A stretch of DNA of 32,000 nt from Zymomonas mobilis subsp. mobilis ATCC 10988 (GCF_000175255.2 NC_017262.1:690001-722000), one strand, 5' to 3'; counted from the first letter of the stretch, positions 20,344-30,742 are shown. Made by a program: numbers and translations. Notes: a model not told the origin generated them from the letters alone.

Positions 20344-20475
20344 TAAGATTTTTCTTCAGAAAAGTTATCTTTTCCTGTCCTAAATTCTAATTTACGGTAT
20401 TTTCTATTCAAATGCTTGCGCTCTTATGTTGGTTCCGGCATGGCCTTTACACATATTAGGTAGAAGGAGTGCCCC

Positions 20476-21525
20476 ATGCGCATTGCATTGTTGGCCGGAG
20501 ATGGAATCGGCCCTGAAATTACAGCTGAAGCCGTCAAAATCTTAAAGGCGGTTGTCAGTCAGGAAATCGAATTTGACGAAGCTTTGATCGGCGGCGCAGC
20601 ATGGAAAGTAACGGGAAGCCCGTTACCGGAAGAAACCCTGAAATTATGCAAAAATAGTGATGCAATCCTGTTTGGTTCAGTCGGTGACCCAGAATGCGAT
20701 CATCTTGAACGCGCTTTACGTCCAGAACAGGCTATTTTAGGTCTTAGAAAAGAACTGGATTTATTTGCCAATTTGAGACCTGCGCGTTTATTCCCTGAAT
20801 TACAGGCAGAATCACCTTTAAAAGAAAATATCGTCACCGGCACCGATCTTATGATCGTTCGTGAATTAACGGGTGATGTCTATTTCGGCACGCCCCGTGG
20901 CCAACGCAAAGATGATCAGAATCGCCGTGAAGGTTTTGACACGATGCGCTATAATGAAGATGAAGTAAAACGCATCGCTCGCATTGGTTTTGAAACAGCA
21001 CGCTCCCGCAGCGGTAACCTCTGTTCGATTGACAAGTCGAATGTTCTCGAAACCTCGCAGTTATGGCGGACTGTTGTGCTGGAAATCGCTCAGGAATATC
21101 CTGATGTTGAACTCAGCCATATGTATGTTGATAATGCAGCGATGCAGCTTGTTCGCGCACCAGATCAGTTTGATGTTATTGTTACCGGTAATCTCTTTGG
21201 CGACATTCTTTCTGACCTGGCCTCAGCTTGCGTCGGCTCAATCGGCTTATTGCCCTCCGCTTCACTTAATAGCGAAGGTAAAGGCCTCTACGAACCGATT
21301 CACGGCTCTGCTCCTGATATTGCCGGACTGGGTAAAGCCAATCCACTGGCAACGATTCTGTCCGGTGCTATGATGCTGCGCTACAGCCTGAAGCGTGAAG
21401 CAGACGCTGATCGCATCGAAAAAGCTGTTTCGACAGCTCTTGAAAAAGGCGCTCGTACGGCTGACCTTGGTGGTAAAATGACTACCTCTGAAATGGGAAA
21501 TGCTGTTTTAGCGGCTCTTAACTGA
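20476..21525 (+). CDS. leuB: 3-isopropylmalate dehydrogenase
   Basis: 349-aa ORF: [99 protein letters not shown] aggag upstream. Confidence 0.97.
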   Translation: MRIALLAGDGIGPEITAEAVKILKAVVSQEIEFDEALIGGAAWKVTGSPLPEETLKLCKNSDAILFGSVGDPECDHLERALRPEQAILGLRKELDLFANLRPARLFPELQAESPLKENIVTGTDLMIVRELTGDVYFGTPRGQRKDDQNRREGFDTMRYNEDEVKRIARIGFETARSRSGNLCSIDKSNVLETSQLWRTVVLEIAQEYPDVELSHMYVDNAAMQLVRAPDQFDVIVTGNLFGDILSDLASACVGSIGLLPSASLNSEGKGLYEPIHGSAPDIAGLGKANPLATILSGAMMLRYSLKREADADRIEKAVSTALEKGARTADLGGKMTTSEMGNAVLAALN

Positions 21526-21591
21526 TCCACCTGTATCTTCTATAGGTATTTAAGCAGCGCTTTTCTCATTTTATAGAAACAGGAAAAAATT

Positions 21592-22800
21592 ATGAAACGG
21601 CATACCGGACTTGACCGGAATATAACCCGTAAATGGCGTCCGGCAACGCAAGCGATCAGAGGCGGTCTTGTTCGTTCGGAGTTTGGGGAAACGAGCGAAG
21701 CTCTTTTCCTGACTTCCGGCTATTCCTACGAACGGGCGGAAGACGCAGCAGAACGTTTCGCAGGCGAGCAAGAGGGTATGATTTACTCTCGTATGCAAAG
21801 CCCAACGGTCATGATGCTGGAAGAAAAGCTGGCCTTAATAGAAGGTGCAGAAACTTCTCGCACGATGTCTACTGGCATGGCTGCAATGACTTCAGTTCTG
21901 TTGTCAGCGCTTTCAGCCGGTGATCATTTTGTCATCGGACGAGTGGCTTTTGGATCATGCCGCTGGCTTTCAGATTCGTTGCTCCCTCGTTTCGGGATTA
22001 CAGCGACGGTTGTCGATGGCGCTGATGTCCAGCAATGGAAAGACGCGATCCAGCCCAACACCAAGCTGTTCTTCTTTGAAACGCCGACCAATCCTACTCT
22101 GGAACTGGTGGATATCGAAGCCGTCTGTAATATTGCTAAAGAAGCAGGTATCCTGACGGTTGTCGACAATGCCTTTTGTACGCCTGTTATCCAAAAGCCG
22201 ATGGATTTCGGGGTAGACGTTGTTGCCTATTCAGCCACCAAGATGATGGATGGTCAGGGTCGTGTTCTGGCAGGTTCTGTTGCCGGTAGTAACAAATTTG
22301 TCAACGAGACATTGCTGCCTTTCATTCGCAACACTGGCCCCAACTTATCCCCATTCAATGCATGGGTTGTGATGAAAGGACTGGAAACGCTTGAATTGCG
22401 CAGCATTCGCCAAAGCGAAAATGCACAAATTCTGGCAGAATTTCTTGAAAAACGGATTCCTCGTGTTTCCTATCCGGGTCTGAAATCACATCCGCAATAT
22501 GCGCTTGCGAAGAAGCAGATGAAGACCGGCGGAACCGTTCTTGCGTTGTTCTTGGGTAAAGATCGCCAACAGGCACTATCCTTACTCAACAATTTGGAAC
22601 TGATTGATATCTCTAATAATCTTGGCGATACACGTTCTTTAATGACGCATCCTTGTTCAACAACCCACAGCGGCGTTGCTGAAAAAGAGCGTTTGGCTAT
22701 GGGTATCACCGAGGATATGTTACGCTTTAGTGTAGGCCTCGAAGATGTCGAAGATCTCAAGGAAGATCTCGATCAGGCGCTTCGGAAAATCGGCTTATAA
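21592..22800 (+). CDS. metZ: O-succinylhomoserine sulfhydrylase (PLP-dependent, Cys/Met metabolism)
   Basis: 402-aa ORF: TQAIRGGLVRSEFGETSEALFLTSGYSYERAEDAAERFAGEQEGMIYSRMQSPT, PLP-Lys context VVAYSATKMMDGQGR, THPCSTTHSG. Confidence 0.93.
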   Translation: MKRHTGLDRNITRKWRPATQAIRGGLVRSEFGETSEALFLTSGYSYERAEDAAERFAGEQEGMIYSRMQSPTVMMLEEKLALIEGAETSRTMSTGMAAMTSVLLSALSAGDHFVIGRVAFGSCRWLSDSLLPRFGITATVVDGADVQQWKDAIQPNTKLFFFETPTNPTLELVDIEAVCNIAKEAGILTVVDNAFCTPVIQKPMDFGVDVVAYSATKMMDGQGRVLAGSVAGSNKFVNETLLPFIRNTGPNLSPFNAWVVMKGLETLELRSIRQSENAQILAEFLEKRIPRVSYPGLKSHPQYALAKKQMKTGGTVLALFLGKDRQQALSLLNNLELIDISNNLGDTRSLMTHPCSTTHSGVAEKERLAMGITEDMLRFSVGLEDVEDLKEDLDQALRKIGL

Positions 22801-22866
22801 TTCGCTAGCAAGCGTCTATTGTTAGAGTAAAAGAAGGGTAGATATGTCAGCAAAGGAATATGGGTT

Positions 22867-23676
22867 ATGAAGCGGACACATCTACCCTTTAATGGTTTAC
22901 GGGTTATGGATGCGGCAGCCCGCCACTTATCTTTTACCCGCGCAGCTGATGAATTGGCTGTAACACCGGCCGCAGTCGGGCAGCAAATTCGGGCATTAGA
23001 AGATACTCTGGGTGTTGTTCTTTTTCGGCGTAATGCGAAAGGGCTAGAACTCACTCCCGAAGCATTGGCTGGACTAGATGCATTAAGAGAAGGCTTCTTA
23101 AAATTCGAAGAAGCCGTGCAACGAATGCAGGCAGGGCAATCCTCGAAAAGGCTGACTATTGCTGCACCACGCGATTTTACTGAATCATGGCTTTTGTCAA
23201 AATTAGCTCAATATCATCAGCAAAATCGTGATATCCAATTCACACTTTTAGCAATTGAGAATGATCTGGACTTTACACAGGCTAATTTGGATGTTGCTAT
23301 AAATTATACCGATGATCCGGGTAATCATGAAGCCATTACCCTTAGTGATGGCCTGATGGTGACCGTTGGCCTGCCCGATTCTCCAGAGGTCTTTATCGGT
23401 TGGCCAAATGCCGAGTATGAAGCAGATATACCCATCATTTTACATGTTGCTCACGCAGGCCTTGCCATCACCGCTGCCTTAAATGGATTGGGGCGCTGTC
23501 GAGTGCCGCTTATTTTAGCCAAGAAGCTAATCGAAAATAAAGAATTGCAACAATTTGGGTCTATTACCGAAAGCGAAATGCAATATTGGCTTATGGCACC
23601 TTTACCCCAATGGCGGCAAAAAAAGGTCAAAGCCTTGACCGCTGCCATTACCGCTGATTTAGAAAGTGAAGTATAA
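22867..23676 (+). CDS. LysR-family transcriptional regulator (GcvA-like)
   Basis: 269-aa ORF: LPFNGLRVMDAAARHLSFTRAADELAVTPAAVGQQIRALEDTLGVVLFRRNAKGLELTPEA (HTH_1), plus substrate-binding domain. Confidence 0.93.
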   Translation: MKRTHLPFNGLRVMDAAARHLSFTRAADELAVTPAAVGQQIRALEDTLGVVLFRRNAKGLELTPEALAGLDALREGFLKFEEAVQRMQAGQSSKRLTIAAPRDFTESWLLSKLAQYHQQNRDIQFTLLAIENDLDFTQANLDVAINYTDDPGNHEAITLSDGLMVTVGLPDSPEVFIGWPNAEYEADIPIILHVAHAGLAITAALNGLGRCRVPLILAKKLIENKELQQFGSITESEMQYWLMAPLPQWRQKKVKALTAAITADLESEV

Positions 23677-24201
23677 TTATCTGATAGGTGTACCACCCGC
23701 CGCACATTCAGGATGAACCGCATTTTCTGGGCTTTCTGTAAGCTGGATAATCATGACCTTAGCAGGCTGTTTCCCCAGACTTCCCGAGATATGCCCTTCT
23801 TTCCCGTTAACCATTTGGGCTAATTGATCGCCACCAAAAGACATTTCTCCAGCACTCATTTTAACGGTTTTCCCGTCAGTAGTTTTGACAAACCAGCGGC
23901 CAGAAAGGGGAATAATCCACTGAGGTTCTGGATTTTTATGCCAATTTCCGATCCAACCTACAGGCATGATATTAAAGACATATCGCTTTGTCGCATGATC
24001 GTGCTGCGATACCCATTCAGGATGGTCAGTATGCGCAAAATCCTGCAAAGCCAGATTACGAAGCGCGCAATGCGTTTGATGGGTCACACCTTGTGCATCA
24101 GCCCAAACACTCCAGTAAGGAATACTCGGCGATGACTTTACGGCTTGGGCTTGAAAGTTAACAGCCGCCAAACAACAAAAGGCTAAAGCCGTATATTTCA
24201 T
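23677..24201 (-). CDS. Secreted cupin-domain protein
   Basis: 174-aa ORF with signal peptide MKYTALAFCCLAAVNFQAQA and cupin-like segments WIIPLSGRWFVKTTDGKTVKMSAGEMSFGGDQL. Confidence 0.65.
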   Translation of the reverse strand: MKYTALAFCCLAAVNFQAQAVKSSPSIPYWSVWADAQGVTHQTHCALRNLALQDFAHTDHPEWVSQHDHATKRYVFNIMPVGWIGNWHKNPEPQWIIPLSGRWFVKTTDGKTVKMSAGEMSFGGDQLAQMVNGKEGHISGSLGKQPAKVMIIQLTESPENAVHPECAAGGTPIR

Positions 24202-24238
24202 TTCTAATGCCTTCTTTCGCGTTACTTTCTAAAAATAC

Positions 24239-25012
24239 TCATGAGAAAGAGGCTTGTTCACAAGCCATCATAAAATTTTTAATCAGCCGCTGCCTTACCC
24301 AAAAAAAACGATGATAATAAGCCGCTTCAAAATGAAAGCGTAAAAAGAAACCACTTAATTTCAGTCCTTGTTGCAAGGATTCTTGGTCAGGTAAATCAAG
24401 ACAAGACACAGAAAAAGGTGCTTTTAAAAAGTCCGGTAGAACTAATAATTTTTTCTCATGACCTTGGGCAGCCTGTCGACTGACTGCCGCATGATGTTTT
24501 GGACTTACCCAGTCCAGACAGGCTTCTTGTCCGGTTATGATGCAACGGGATAAATGTAGACCATATCCCAATTCTGATAATAGCAATAATTCAAAACGAA
24601 CCAGCTCAGTCATCCATAAGACAGGCTCATCCGTTTTTTCTATAATAGCCAATAACCTTTTCAGATTTTGGAACAGATAAGGTTCTGGTTGACCTTCTGG
24701 CAGGACGGAGGCGGTAAATGGACATATCCAGCTTAAAAAAAGAGCCGCTAAGGGGTGCTCCATTATAAGCCCTCGGCTATGCCGTAATTCTATATTGATA
24801 GAAGGCAAAGAACGTCCGACTTTATCACGCCAACTTGCCTGAACATAATTACCCACAAACAACAAAGGGCGACGGTAACGAGAATGTGCGCCTTGTATAT
24901 ATCCTGTCAGAAGACCTTGTTCAGTCAACAGTCTGATAATAGCGCCATTTTCGCTGTGGAAGCGGCTCGTTAAAAGTAAGGCAGGCTCAGAGATCATTTT
25001 CATTCCGCGCAA
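24239..25012 (-). CDS. recO: DNA repair protein RecO
   Basis: 257-aa ORF: EPALLLTSRFHSENGAIIRLLTEQGLLTGYIQGAHSRYRRPLLFVGNYVQASWRDKVGRSL and position directly after uvrC. Start may be MKMISEPALLL. Confidence 0.88.
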   Translation of the reverse strand: MRGMKMISEPALLLTSRFHSENGAIIRLLTEQGLLTGYIQGAHSRYRRPLLFVGNYVQASWRDKVGRSLPSINIELRHSRGLIMEHPLAALFLSWICPFTASVLPEGQPEPYLFQNLKRLLAIIEKTDEPVLWMTELVRFELLLLSELGYGLHLSRCIITGQEACLDWVSPKHHAAVSRQAAQGHEKKLLVLPDFLKAPFSVSCLDLPDQESLQQGLKLSGFFLRFHFEAAYYHRFFWVRQRLIKNFMMACEQASFS

Positions 25013-25038
25013 ACTCTCATAAAATTTTCTCCAATTAT

Positions 25039-27042
25039 TTACGCGGGACTACGATGAAAAAAGTCGTAAATTTGTCGAGCTATTGCCGAGGAAATCCCAT
25101 TTACTTTCTCTAGTTCAGAAAGCGATGCATTTTTCACATCACGTGCTGTTCCGAAATGTAATAGCAAAGCCTTCTTCCGACTTGGGCCAATACCCGGCAC
25201 CTCATCTAAAGGACTAGAGGTCAGATTTTTGGCTCTTTTGGCGCGATGGGTTCCAATAGCAAAACGATGCGCCTCGTCTCGCAATCTTTGAAGGTAGAAA
25301 AGCAACCCACTATTTGGCGGTAAAGCATATTCACTGCCATCAACTAAATGGAAATGCTCCCGTCCCGCATTACGATCGGGGCCTTTTGAAATACCGACAA
25401 TAGCAATGTCTGAAATGCCTTGTTTAGCCAGAATGTCTTTTACAGCATGGACTTGTCCTTTTCCTCCATCAATCAATAGAAGATCCGGCCATTCGCTGCT
25501 TGAATGATCTGGGTCACTTCGCTCCAACCGCGAAAAGCGACGCGTCAAAACTTCTCGCATCATTTCAAAATCATCACCTGGGTTGATGCTAGGTGATTTG
25601 ATATTGAATTTACGATAGCTATTACGACGAAAACCTTCAGGGCCAGCGACAATCATGCCACCAACCATATTGCTGCCCATTATATGGCTATTGTCATACA
25701 CCTCGATTCTGTCTGGGATTTTATCCAAATGGAATAGGTTGACCATTTCCTTTAATAACTGTTTCTGAGTAGACGCTTCGGCTAAACGTCGATCAATAGC
25801 TTCTTTCGCATTCCGTACAGCCTGATCTACCAGCTTTTTCAAGTCCCCTCTTTGTGGCTGGTAAAATCTCACTCGATAGTCGCGTTGCGATGACAAAGCG
25901 TCTTCTAAGACATTTTTATCACTAGGGAGATAATTGGTCAGAATATCTTTCGGCGCAATTTTATCCTCATAAAATTGCCCTAAAAAACTTTGCATGACAT
26001 CTTCTAAAGGCTGTTCATCAATATGATTTAAGTAATAGGCATGATGTCCCCAATTCTGTCGATTACGAATAAAGAACACCTGGATACAAGCGAGCCCTGC
26101 TCGACATTCTATGCCGAATATATCTGCATTTCTTAAATTGCCGCTGTTAATCGACTGGTGGCTTTGAATAAAGGCTAAAGCCTTTAAACGATCTCGATAA
26201 ACCGCTGCCAGCTCATAATTCAAATCATTTGAAGCCTGCTCCATAGCTGTTACCAGCTTTTTCTGGACATGAGTCGACTTCCCAGACAGAAAATCACGCG
26301 TATCTACAGCAAGATCACGGTAATCATCTTCAGAAATCCGACCGACACAAGGCGCTGAACATCTTTTTATCTGATACAGCAAGCAAGGGCGCTTACGATT
26401 GCGGAAGAAGCTATCAGAGCAGGATCTCAATAAGAATAGCTTTTGCAAGCTATTCAGAGTCAAGGTAACCGAATCCGCACTTGCAAACGGGCCATAATAT
26501 TTCCCCTTGGCACGCTTTACGCCACGATGCCTTTGAAGCGAAGGGAATTGCGGGAAAGTGCCATCCTCTTTTAATAAAATATAGGGAAAACTTTTATCGT
26601 CTCGTAATAGAATATTATAAGGTGGCCGATAACGCTTGATAAGCTGCGCTTCTAATAACAAGGCTTCGGATTCGGTTACCGTTGTTACAATCGTCATGCT
26701 GCGCGTTTGCGAAACCATGCGCTGAATACGACGCGATAACCCTGATATCTGGGTGTAATTAGCAACGCGATTTCTTAAGGCACGCGCTTTCCCGACATAA
26801 AGGATGTTTCCCTTACTGTCATACATCCGATAAACCCCGGGGCGTAGTGGTAATGTCTTTAAAACATTGCCGATTGCCGCAACGCCTTTTTCAAGGTCTG
26901 GATGATCGGTTCCTTTAAAAACGTCCAAAGTTTGTTTTTCGCTGAAACGATCTGTTTCTTGGGATTCGTTATTCAGATCGTGCCTCATCCATCTTGTTTT
27001 AAAAAAGCTTTTTAGAACGATCTTTGAAATCATTCCGTCCAA
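25039..27042 (-). CDS. uvrC: Excinuclease ABC subunit C
   Basis: 667-aa ORF: LPLRPGVYRMYDSKGNILYVGKARALRNRVANYTQ (GIY-YIG), YDNSHIMGSNMVGGMIVAGPEGFRRNSYRKFNI, LLIDGGKGQV, C-terminal HhH VPGIGPSRKKALLLHFGT. Confidence 0.97.
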   Translation of the reverse strand: MDGMISKIVLKSFFKTRWMRHDLNNESQETDRFSEKQTLDVFKGTDHPDLEKGVAAIGNVLKTLPLRPGVYRMYDSKGNILYVGKARALRNRVANYTQISGLSRRIQRMVSQTRSMTIVTTVTESEALLLEAQLIKRYRPPYNILLRDDKSFPYILLKEDGTFPQFPSLQRHRGVKRAKGKYYGPFASADSVTLTLNSLQKLFLLRSCSDSFFRNRKRPCLLYQIKRCSAPCVGRISEDDYRDLAVDTRDFLSGKSTHVQKKLVTAMEQASNDLNYELAAVYRDRLKALAFIQSHQSINSGNLRNADIFGIECRAGLACIQVFFIRNRQNWGHHAYYLNHIDEQPLEDVMQSFLGQFYEDKIAPKDILTNYLPSDKNVLEDALSSQRDYRVRFYQPQRGDLKKLVDQAVRNAKEAIDRRLAEASTQKQLLKEMVNLFHLDKIPDRIEVYDNSHIMGSNMVGGMIVAGPEGFRRNSYRKFNIKSPSINPGDDFEMMREVLTRRFSRLERSDPDHSSSEWPDLLLIDGGKGQVHAVKDILAKQGISDIAIVGISKGPDRNAGREHFHLVDGSEYALPPNSGLLFYLQRLRDEAHRFAIGTHRAKRAKNLTSSPLDEVPGIGPSRKKALLLHFGTARDVKNASLSELEKVNGISSAIARQIYDFFHRSPA

Positions 27043-27131
27043 AAAAGAGTTAAGAGGATATGGCTTTAAAACAAGGTTTTTAAATAGTTTTTACAAAAGT
27101 AATCATTTGATTTTGGTCAGTAGAAAACAAC

Positions 27132-27162
27132 AAAAAAGCGCCGTCGCAAAGGCGACGACGCC
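27132..27162 (-). terminator. Intrinsic terminator of the F0 atp operon
   Basis: On the minus strand: ggcgtcgtcgcctttgcgacggcgcttttttg, a GC-rich stem with one G-U pair followed by a T6 tract. Confidence 0.85.
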
Positions 27163-27187
27163 GATTTGTACAGACATAACAATCCTA

Positions 27188-27826
27188 TCAGTTAAGGCGT
27201 GTGCCTTGCTGCTTCAAAGAATCGATTGTCTGATCTATCAAAACCTTATCATGCGACGCATCATTCTGTTTTTGAATAATCTGGGTCGCCGCCTGAAGCG
27301 CTAATTTGGCAGCAGTTTGCCGAATTTCAGCAACAGCTTCCTGCTCAGCAGCCGCAATCTGTTCGGTCGCCATTTTCTGACGACGTTCTACTAATTGCTG
27401 GGATTGAATCTTGGCATCAGCAATGATGCTGCTTGCATCTTCTTTGGCCCGTTCGATGATCGCTTCAGCTTCACTTGTAGCCTGACGCGTTTTTTCATCA
27501 TACTCGGCCTTCAGGGCTTCAGCTTCCTTGCGCAAGCGTTCAGCATCACCAAGGCGGGTACGAATCTCATCAATCTGTTTATCCAGCCCCGACGTAATAA
27601 TAGACGGAACTTTTTTCCAGACCAGAACGAGTAAAAAGACAATAATGGAGGCAGAAACCCAAGCCGGGCCACTTAATCCAAGAAAAGTCGACTCGTGGGC
27701 TTCCGGTTGAACACCTCCCGGTGCCTCGGTTGTCGCCGTTACCTTCGGCGCCGCAGGCGCGGTCTGAGGCATCGCTTCAGACGTCGCCGGAGAAGCTGGC
27801 GCTGAAGTCTGAGTTGTATTAGCCAT
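27188..27826 (-). CDS. atpF: F0F1 ATP synthase subunit b, with Ala/Pro-rich N-terminal extension
   Basis: 212-aa ORF with a single TM (PAWVSASIIVFLLVLVWKKVPSII) and a long charged coiled coil. Downstream of a b'-like gene. Confidence 0.88.
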   Translation of the reverse strand: MANTTQTSAPASPATSEAMPQTAPAAPKVTATTEAPGGVQPEAHESTFLGLSGPAWVSASIIVFLLVLVWKKVPSIITSGLDKQIDEIRTRLGDAERLRKEAEALKAEYDEKTRQATSEAEAIIERAKEDASSIIADAKIQSQQLVERRQKMATEQIAAAEQEAVAEIRQTAAKLALQAATQIIQKQNDASHDKVLIDQTIDSLKQQGTRLN

Positions 27827-27839
27827 TAGGTAATCTCCC

Positions 27840-28340
27840 TCAGACCATATCAGCAGAAATAACTTGTGCTACAGCTTTGGTAATCTGTTCTTTTGGAACA
27901 GAACGGCCAGTGATCTGCTTGACAATATCGTGAGCAATATCACTCGCGATATTCTCAAGATCGGCCATTACCTTCGATTTCTCATCAGCGATCCGCATTC
28001 TGGCAGAATCGATCCGATGGTCATAATCGGCATTGGCCGCAGCATTTTGTTGGGACGCATCCTTCGAGGCTTGTTCTTTAGCAGCCTGCAAACGGGCCTG
28101 TGCTTCGGAACGCACCTTGGCAAGACGCGACTGGCATGCCTCATCCGCTTCTTTCGCTGCTTTGTGGGCAGCTTCCGCAGCAGCAAGATCATCAGAGATT
28201 TTGCTATCGCGGGAATCCATCGTGGATTCGACTTTCACGAGCATGGTCTTGGCAATACCAAAATAGATAATACCAAATACCACAAGCATCCAGAAAACCT
28301 GGGAAGCGTAAGTAGAGGCAAGCTGGGCTATCTGAGGCAT
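27840..28340 (-). CDS. atpG: F0F1 ATP synthase subunit b'
   Basis: 166-aa ORF: MPQIAQLASTYASQVFWMLVVFGIIYFGI followed by a coiled coil. Typical alphaproteobacterial b' position after atpE. Confidence 0.87.
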   Translation of the reverse strand: MPQIAQLASTYASQVFWMLVVFGIIYFGIAKTMLVKVESTMDSRDSKISDDLAAAEAAHKAAKEADEACQSRLAKVRSEAQARLQAAKEQASKDASQQNAAANADYDHRIDSARMRIADEKSKVMADLENIASDIAHDIVKQITGRSVPKEQITKAVAQVISADMV

Positions 28341-28461
28341 GATCGCATCCAGACTTTATCTAAGAACAGTTTCAACGCTGTCCTTTAACTGAACTTACTG
28401 TATTTTTCGAACACCGGCTGAAAAAACAGCCGGTGCGAAAAATACTGCGAAAACCTGAAAA

Positions 28462-28701
28462 TCAGGCAACGAAGATCAGCAGAATCGAGATAACGAATGA
28501 CAGAAGACCCAAAAGTTCAGCAGCGGCGAAACCGATGAACAAACGGCCCTGCTGGCCATCGGCCGCAGCCGGATTACGCAGTGCGCTTTCAAGGAAGCCA
28601 GCGAAAACGCTACCAACGCCAACGGAAGCAACACCGGCACCAACAGCAGCAACACCACCACCGACTAACTTACCGAGCACTCTTGCAGCTTCAACGTCCA
28701 T
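28462..28701 (-). CDS. atpE: F0F1 ATP synthase subunit c
   Basis: 79-aa ORF: VGAGVASVGVGSVFAGFLESALRNPAAADGQQGRLFIGFAAAELLGLLSFVISILLIFVA, the c-subunit hairpin with RNP loop and membrane acidic residue. Confidence 0.95.
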   Translation of the reverse strand: MDVEAARVLGKLVGGGVAAVGAGVASVGVGSVFAGFLESALRNPAAADGQQGRLFIGFAAAELLGLLSFVISILLIFVA

Positions 28702-28736
28702 GACAATACTCCTTTACCATTCCATATACTGGGAAA

Positions 28737-29537
28737 TCAGTGAAGATTGATCGCGTCGTTCAAATAGAGCGACGTAAGCAAGGCGAAAACATAGGCTTGA
28801 ATGGCGCAAACCAAAAATTCAAGCGCAGAAATACCAATCATTAAAAGAAAGGTCGGGATACCCACTAGGGTATAATAACCTGCTAGAAAAGCAGGCGAGG
28901 CAGATTGAACCGGCGGGTTAACAATAAAGTTAGCCAAAACTTCCAAAAGGACATGCCCAGCGGTCATGGCGACGAAAAGACGAAGCGCAAGACTGAAAGG
29001 CCGCAAAATGAAAGAAAAGGCTTCAATCCCGGGGATCAGCCAAATAAGTGCCATGGGGGTACCATGCGGCACAAACAGCTTGAAAAAGCCGAGTCCATGA
29101 CGCGTGAAACCCACAACAAGCACGGTACCAAATGCAATCGCCGCCAGTGTTGCCGTAACGGTAACATGACTGGTTGACGTGAAAGGTTCTGCACCCGGCA
29201 AGAAACCGAATAACGGAACCAATCCAAGCAAATTGGCAAAAAGGATGAACATAAAAAGGGTGAAGATCAGCGGGGTAAACGGACGACCTTTGGGGCCGAT
29301 GTTTGTGCTGACCATATCGTTAACAAAGCGAGTCATGACTTCCACGGCCATCTGCCAGCGACCGGGAATCAACGCCTTCCTCCGACCACCTGCCATAAAA
29401 ATAGCAAGAGCGGCCATTGCAATCACCATCCAGAGAGCGGAGTTGGTGAAGGAAATATCATATTTTCCGATATGAAGCCCATGTAAAGGCTCCACGGTAA
29501 ACTGATGCATGGGGTCTACATTATTAGTAGCAGCCAT
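28737..29537 (-). CDS. atpB: F0F1 ATP synthase subunit a
   Basis: 266-aa ORF: MHQFTVEPLHGLHIGKYDISFTNSALWM, FILRPFSLALRLFVAMTAGHVLLEVLANF, AISALEFLVCAIQAYVFALLTSLYLNDAI. Confidence 0.96.
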   Translation of the reverse strand: MAATNNVDPMHQFTVEPLHGLHIGKYDISFTNSALWMVIAMAALAIFMAGGRRKALIPGRWQMAVEVMTRFVNDMVSTNIGPKGRPFTPLIFTLFMFILFANLLGLVPLFGFLPGAEPFTSTSHVTVTATLAAIAFGTVLVVGFTRHGLGFFKLFVPHGTPMALIWLIPGIEAFSFILRPFSLALRLFVAMTAGHVLLEVLANFIVNPPVQSASPAFLAGYYTLVGIPTFLLMIGISALEFLVCAIQAYVFALLTSLYLNDAINLH

Positions 29538-29581
29538 ATTACGAGCCCCTAGCTATCTATCCATTAAAGAACATACAGGTT

Positions 29582-29905
29582 TTACTCTGGATGTTCACGA
29601 GAAATCCGTACCACATTTCTAAACGCAATACAGACCCCTAATAGAAGAAATATGATCAGAAATATTGGTTTAGTTCCAATCAGGCGATCGAACAACCACC
29701 CGATAAGTCCGCCACCAGCCGGGCCCGCAATCATCTCAGTCAACACTCTGTTTCCTTGAGCAAAACCTTTAACCGCAGGCTTATTGGCTTTTGCCAGACG
29801 ACTTTCAGAATCGCTTCTGCTCGTCGCAAGCATGGCCTCTAATTCTGCCATTCTAGGGTCTTGTGGTCCCAGCCCTTTATTAGAATCGTTACTCATCATC
29901 GCCAA
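29582..29905 (-). CDS. atpI: AtpI-like ATP synthase assembly protein
   Basis: 107-aa ORF: GNRVLTEMIAGPAGGGLIGWLFDRLIGTKPIFLIIFLLLGVCIAFRNVVR, first gene of the F0 operon. Confidence 0.85.
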   Translation of the reverse strand: MAMMSNDSNKGLGPQDPRMAELEAMLATSRSDSESRLAKANKPAVKGFAQGNRVLTEMIAGPAGGGLIGWLFDRLIGTKPIFLIIFLLLGVCIAFRNVVRISREHPE

Positions 29906-30146
29906 CTCGCTACGCCTTGAATTCCAACCCCTTGAATTTCAAGGATAAATGCTATTCAGCATGACGAGTAACTATCTCGTCAAGTAGGTCTTTTTTAAGA
30001 AGACGGGTGAAGCAAGTCAACTCAAAGCACAGAGAATGAAAAACCAAACTTCTCTATTATTCCCATCGCAAAAAGAGACCAGTTCAGCAGAATAACGCCT
30101 ATTTACAGGTAAAAAGCCCTTCCAAAGCATTTTTTACCGAGTCTTT

Positions 30147-30545
30147 TTAACCGCAGGTTGAAGGTAATGCGATCGGGCCATTTTTTTTCTGCCACTTCCC
30201 ATCGGTCAAAGCATAAAATTGACCATCTTGGACGCGACTGGCCAATGTTTTACATCCGACAGCGACAGCCCATTCTTCGACAGTAACCCCACGTTTAGCG
30301 GCTTCTGCGGTATAGGCAGCACGTCTTCTAATATTCAAAGCATCAACAGCTGTTTTGACCGGCGGCGGTGGTGTTTGGGCAAAGCCCATATAGCCATCAA
30401 TCTTTTCACCAATCACGCCGTTAGCTATGGCTGATTGTAAAATATCATCACCGCCTTGAGCAAAAGAAGGCACGGCTAAGGATAGCCCCATAACAAGAGC
30501 CGCACGGACAATAGCTTTGGGCCATTTCATTTTTACGTTGGTCAT
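30147..30545 (-). CDS. YdbL-like DUF1318 family periplasmic protein
   Basis: 132-aa ORF with signal peptide. AIANGVIGEKIDGYMGF... NIRRRAAYTAEAAKRGVTVEEWAVAVGCKTLASRVQDGQFYALTDGKWQKK is typical of YdbL/DUF1318. Confidence 0.82.
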   Translation of the reverse strand: MTNVKMKWPKAIVRAALVMGLSLAVPSFAQGGDDILQSAIANGVIGEKIDGYMGFAQTPPPPVKTAVDALNIRRRAAYTAEAAKRGVTVEEWAVAVGCKTLASRVQDGQFYALTDGKWQKKNGPIALPSTCG

Positions 30546-30742
30546 TGTGGGAATAACTCCGGATTATTTTGAATAAAGTCGCCAGCATCTTTTTGAAGAT
30601 GAACGACAACCTCCTGCCGGACATTGACATTAAGATTTATCTCAATCGGTTTGTCAGGTGCCTTAACCGAGATACAGCCCCCTACCATCAGCAAGCTGGC
30701 GAAAAGAAGGCTCTTCTCTATTACTCCGGTCTTCTGCCTCAT
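30542..30742 (-). CDS. YnbE-like lipoprotein
   Basis: 66-aa ORF with lipobox (LLMVGGC) and PDKPIEINLNVNVRQEVVVHLQKDAGDFIQNNPELF. Overlaps the YdbL-like gene by 4 nt. Confidence 0.85.
   Translation of the reverse strand: MRQKTGVIEKSLLFASLLMVGGCISVKAPDKPIEINLNVNVRQEVVVHLQKDAGDFIQNNPELFPQ

Noticed and set aside
27864-28388. 174-aa plus-strand ORF over the ATP synthase b' gene
   Set aside because: Antisense shadow ORF of a conserved coding sequence.
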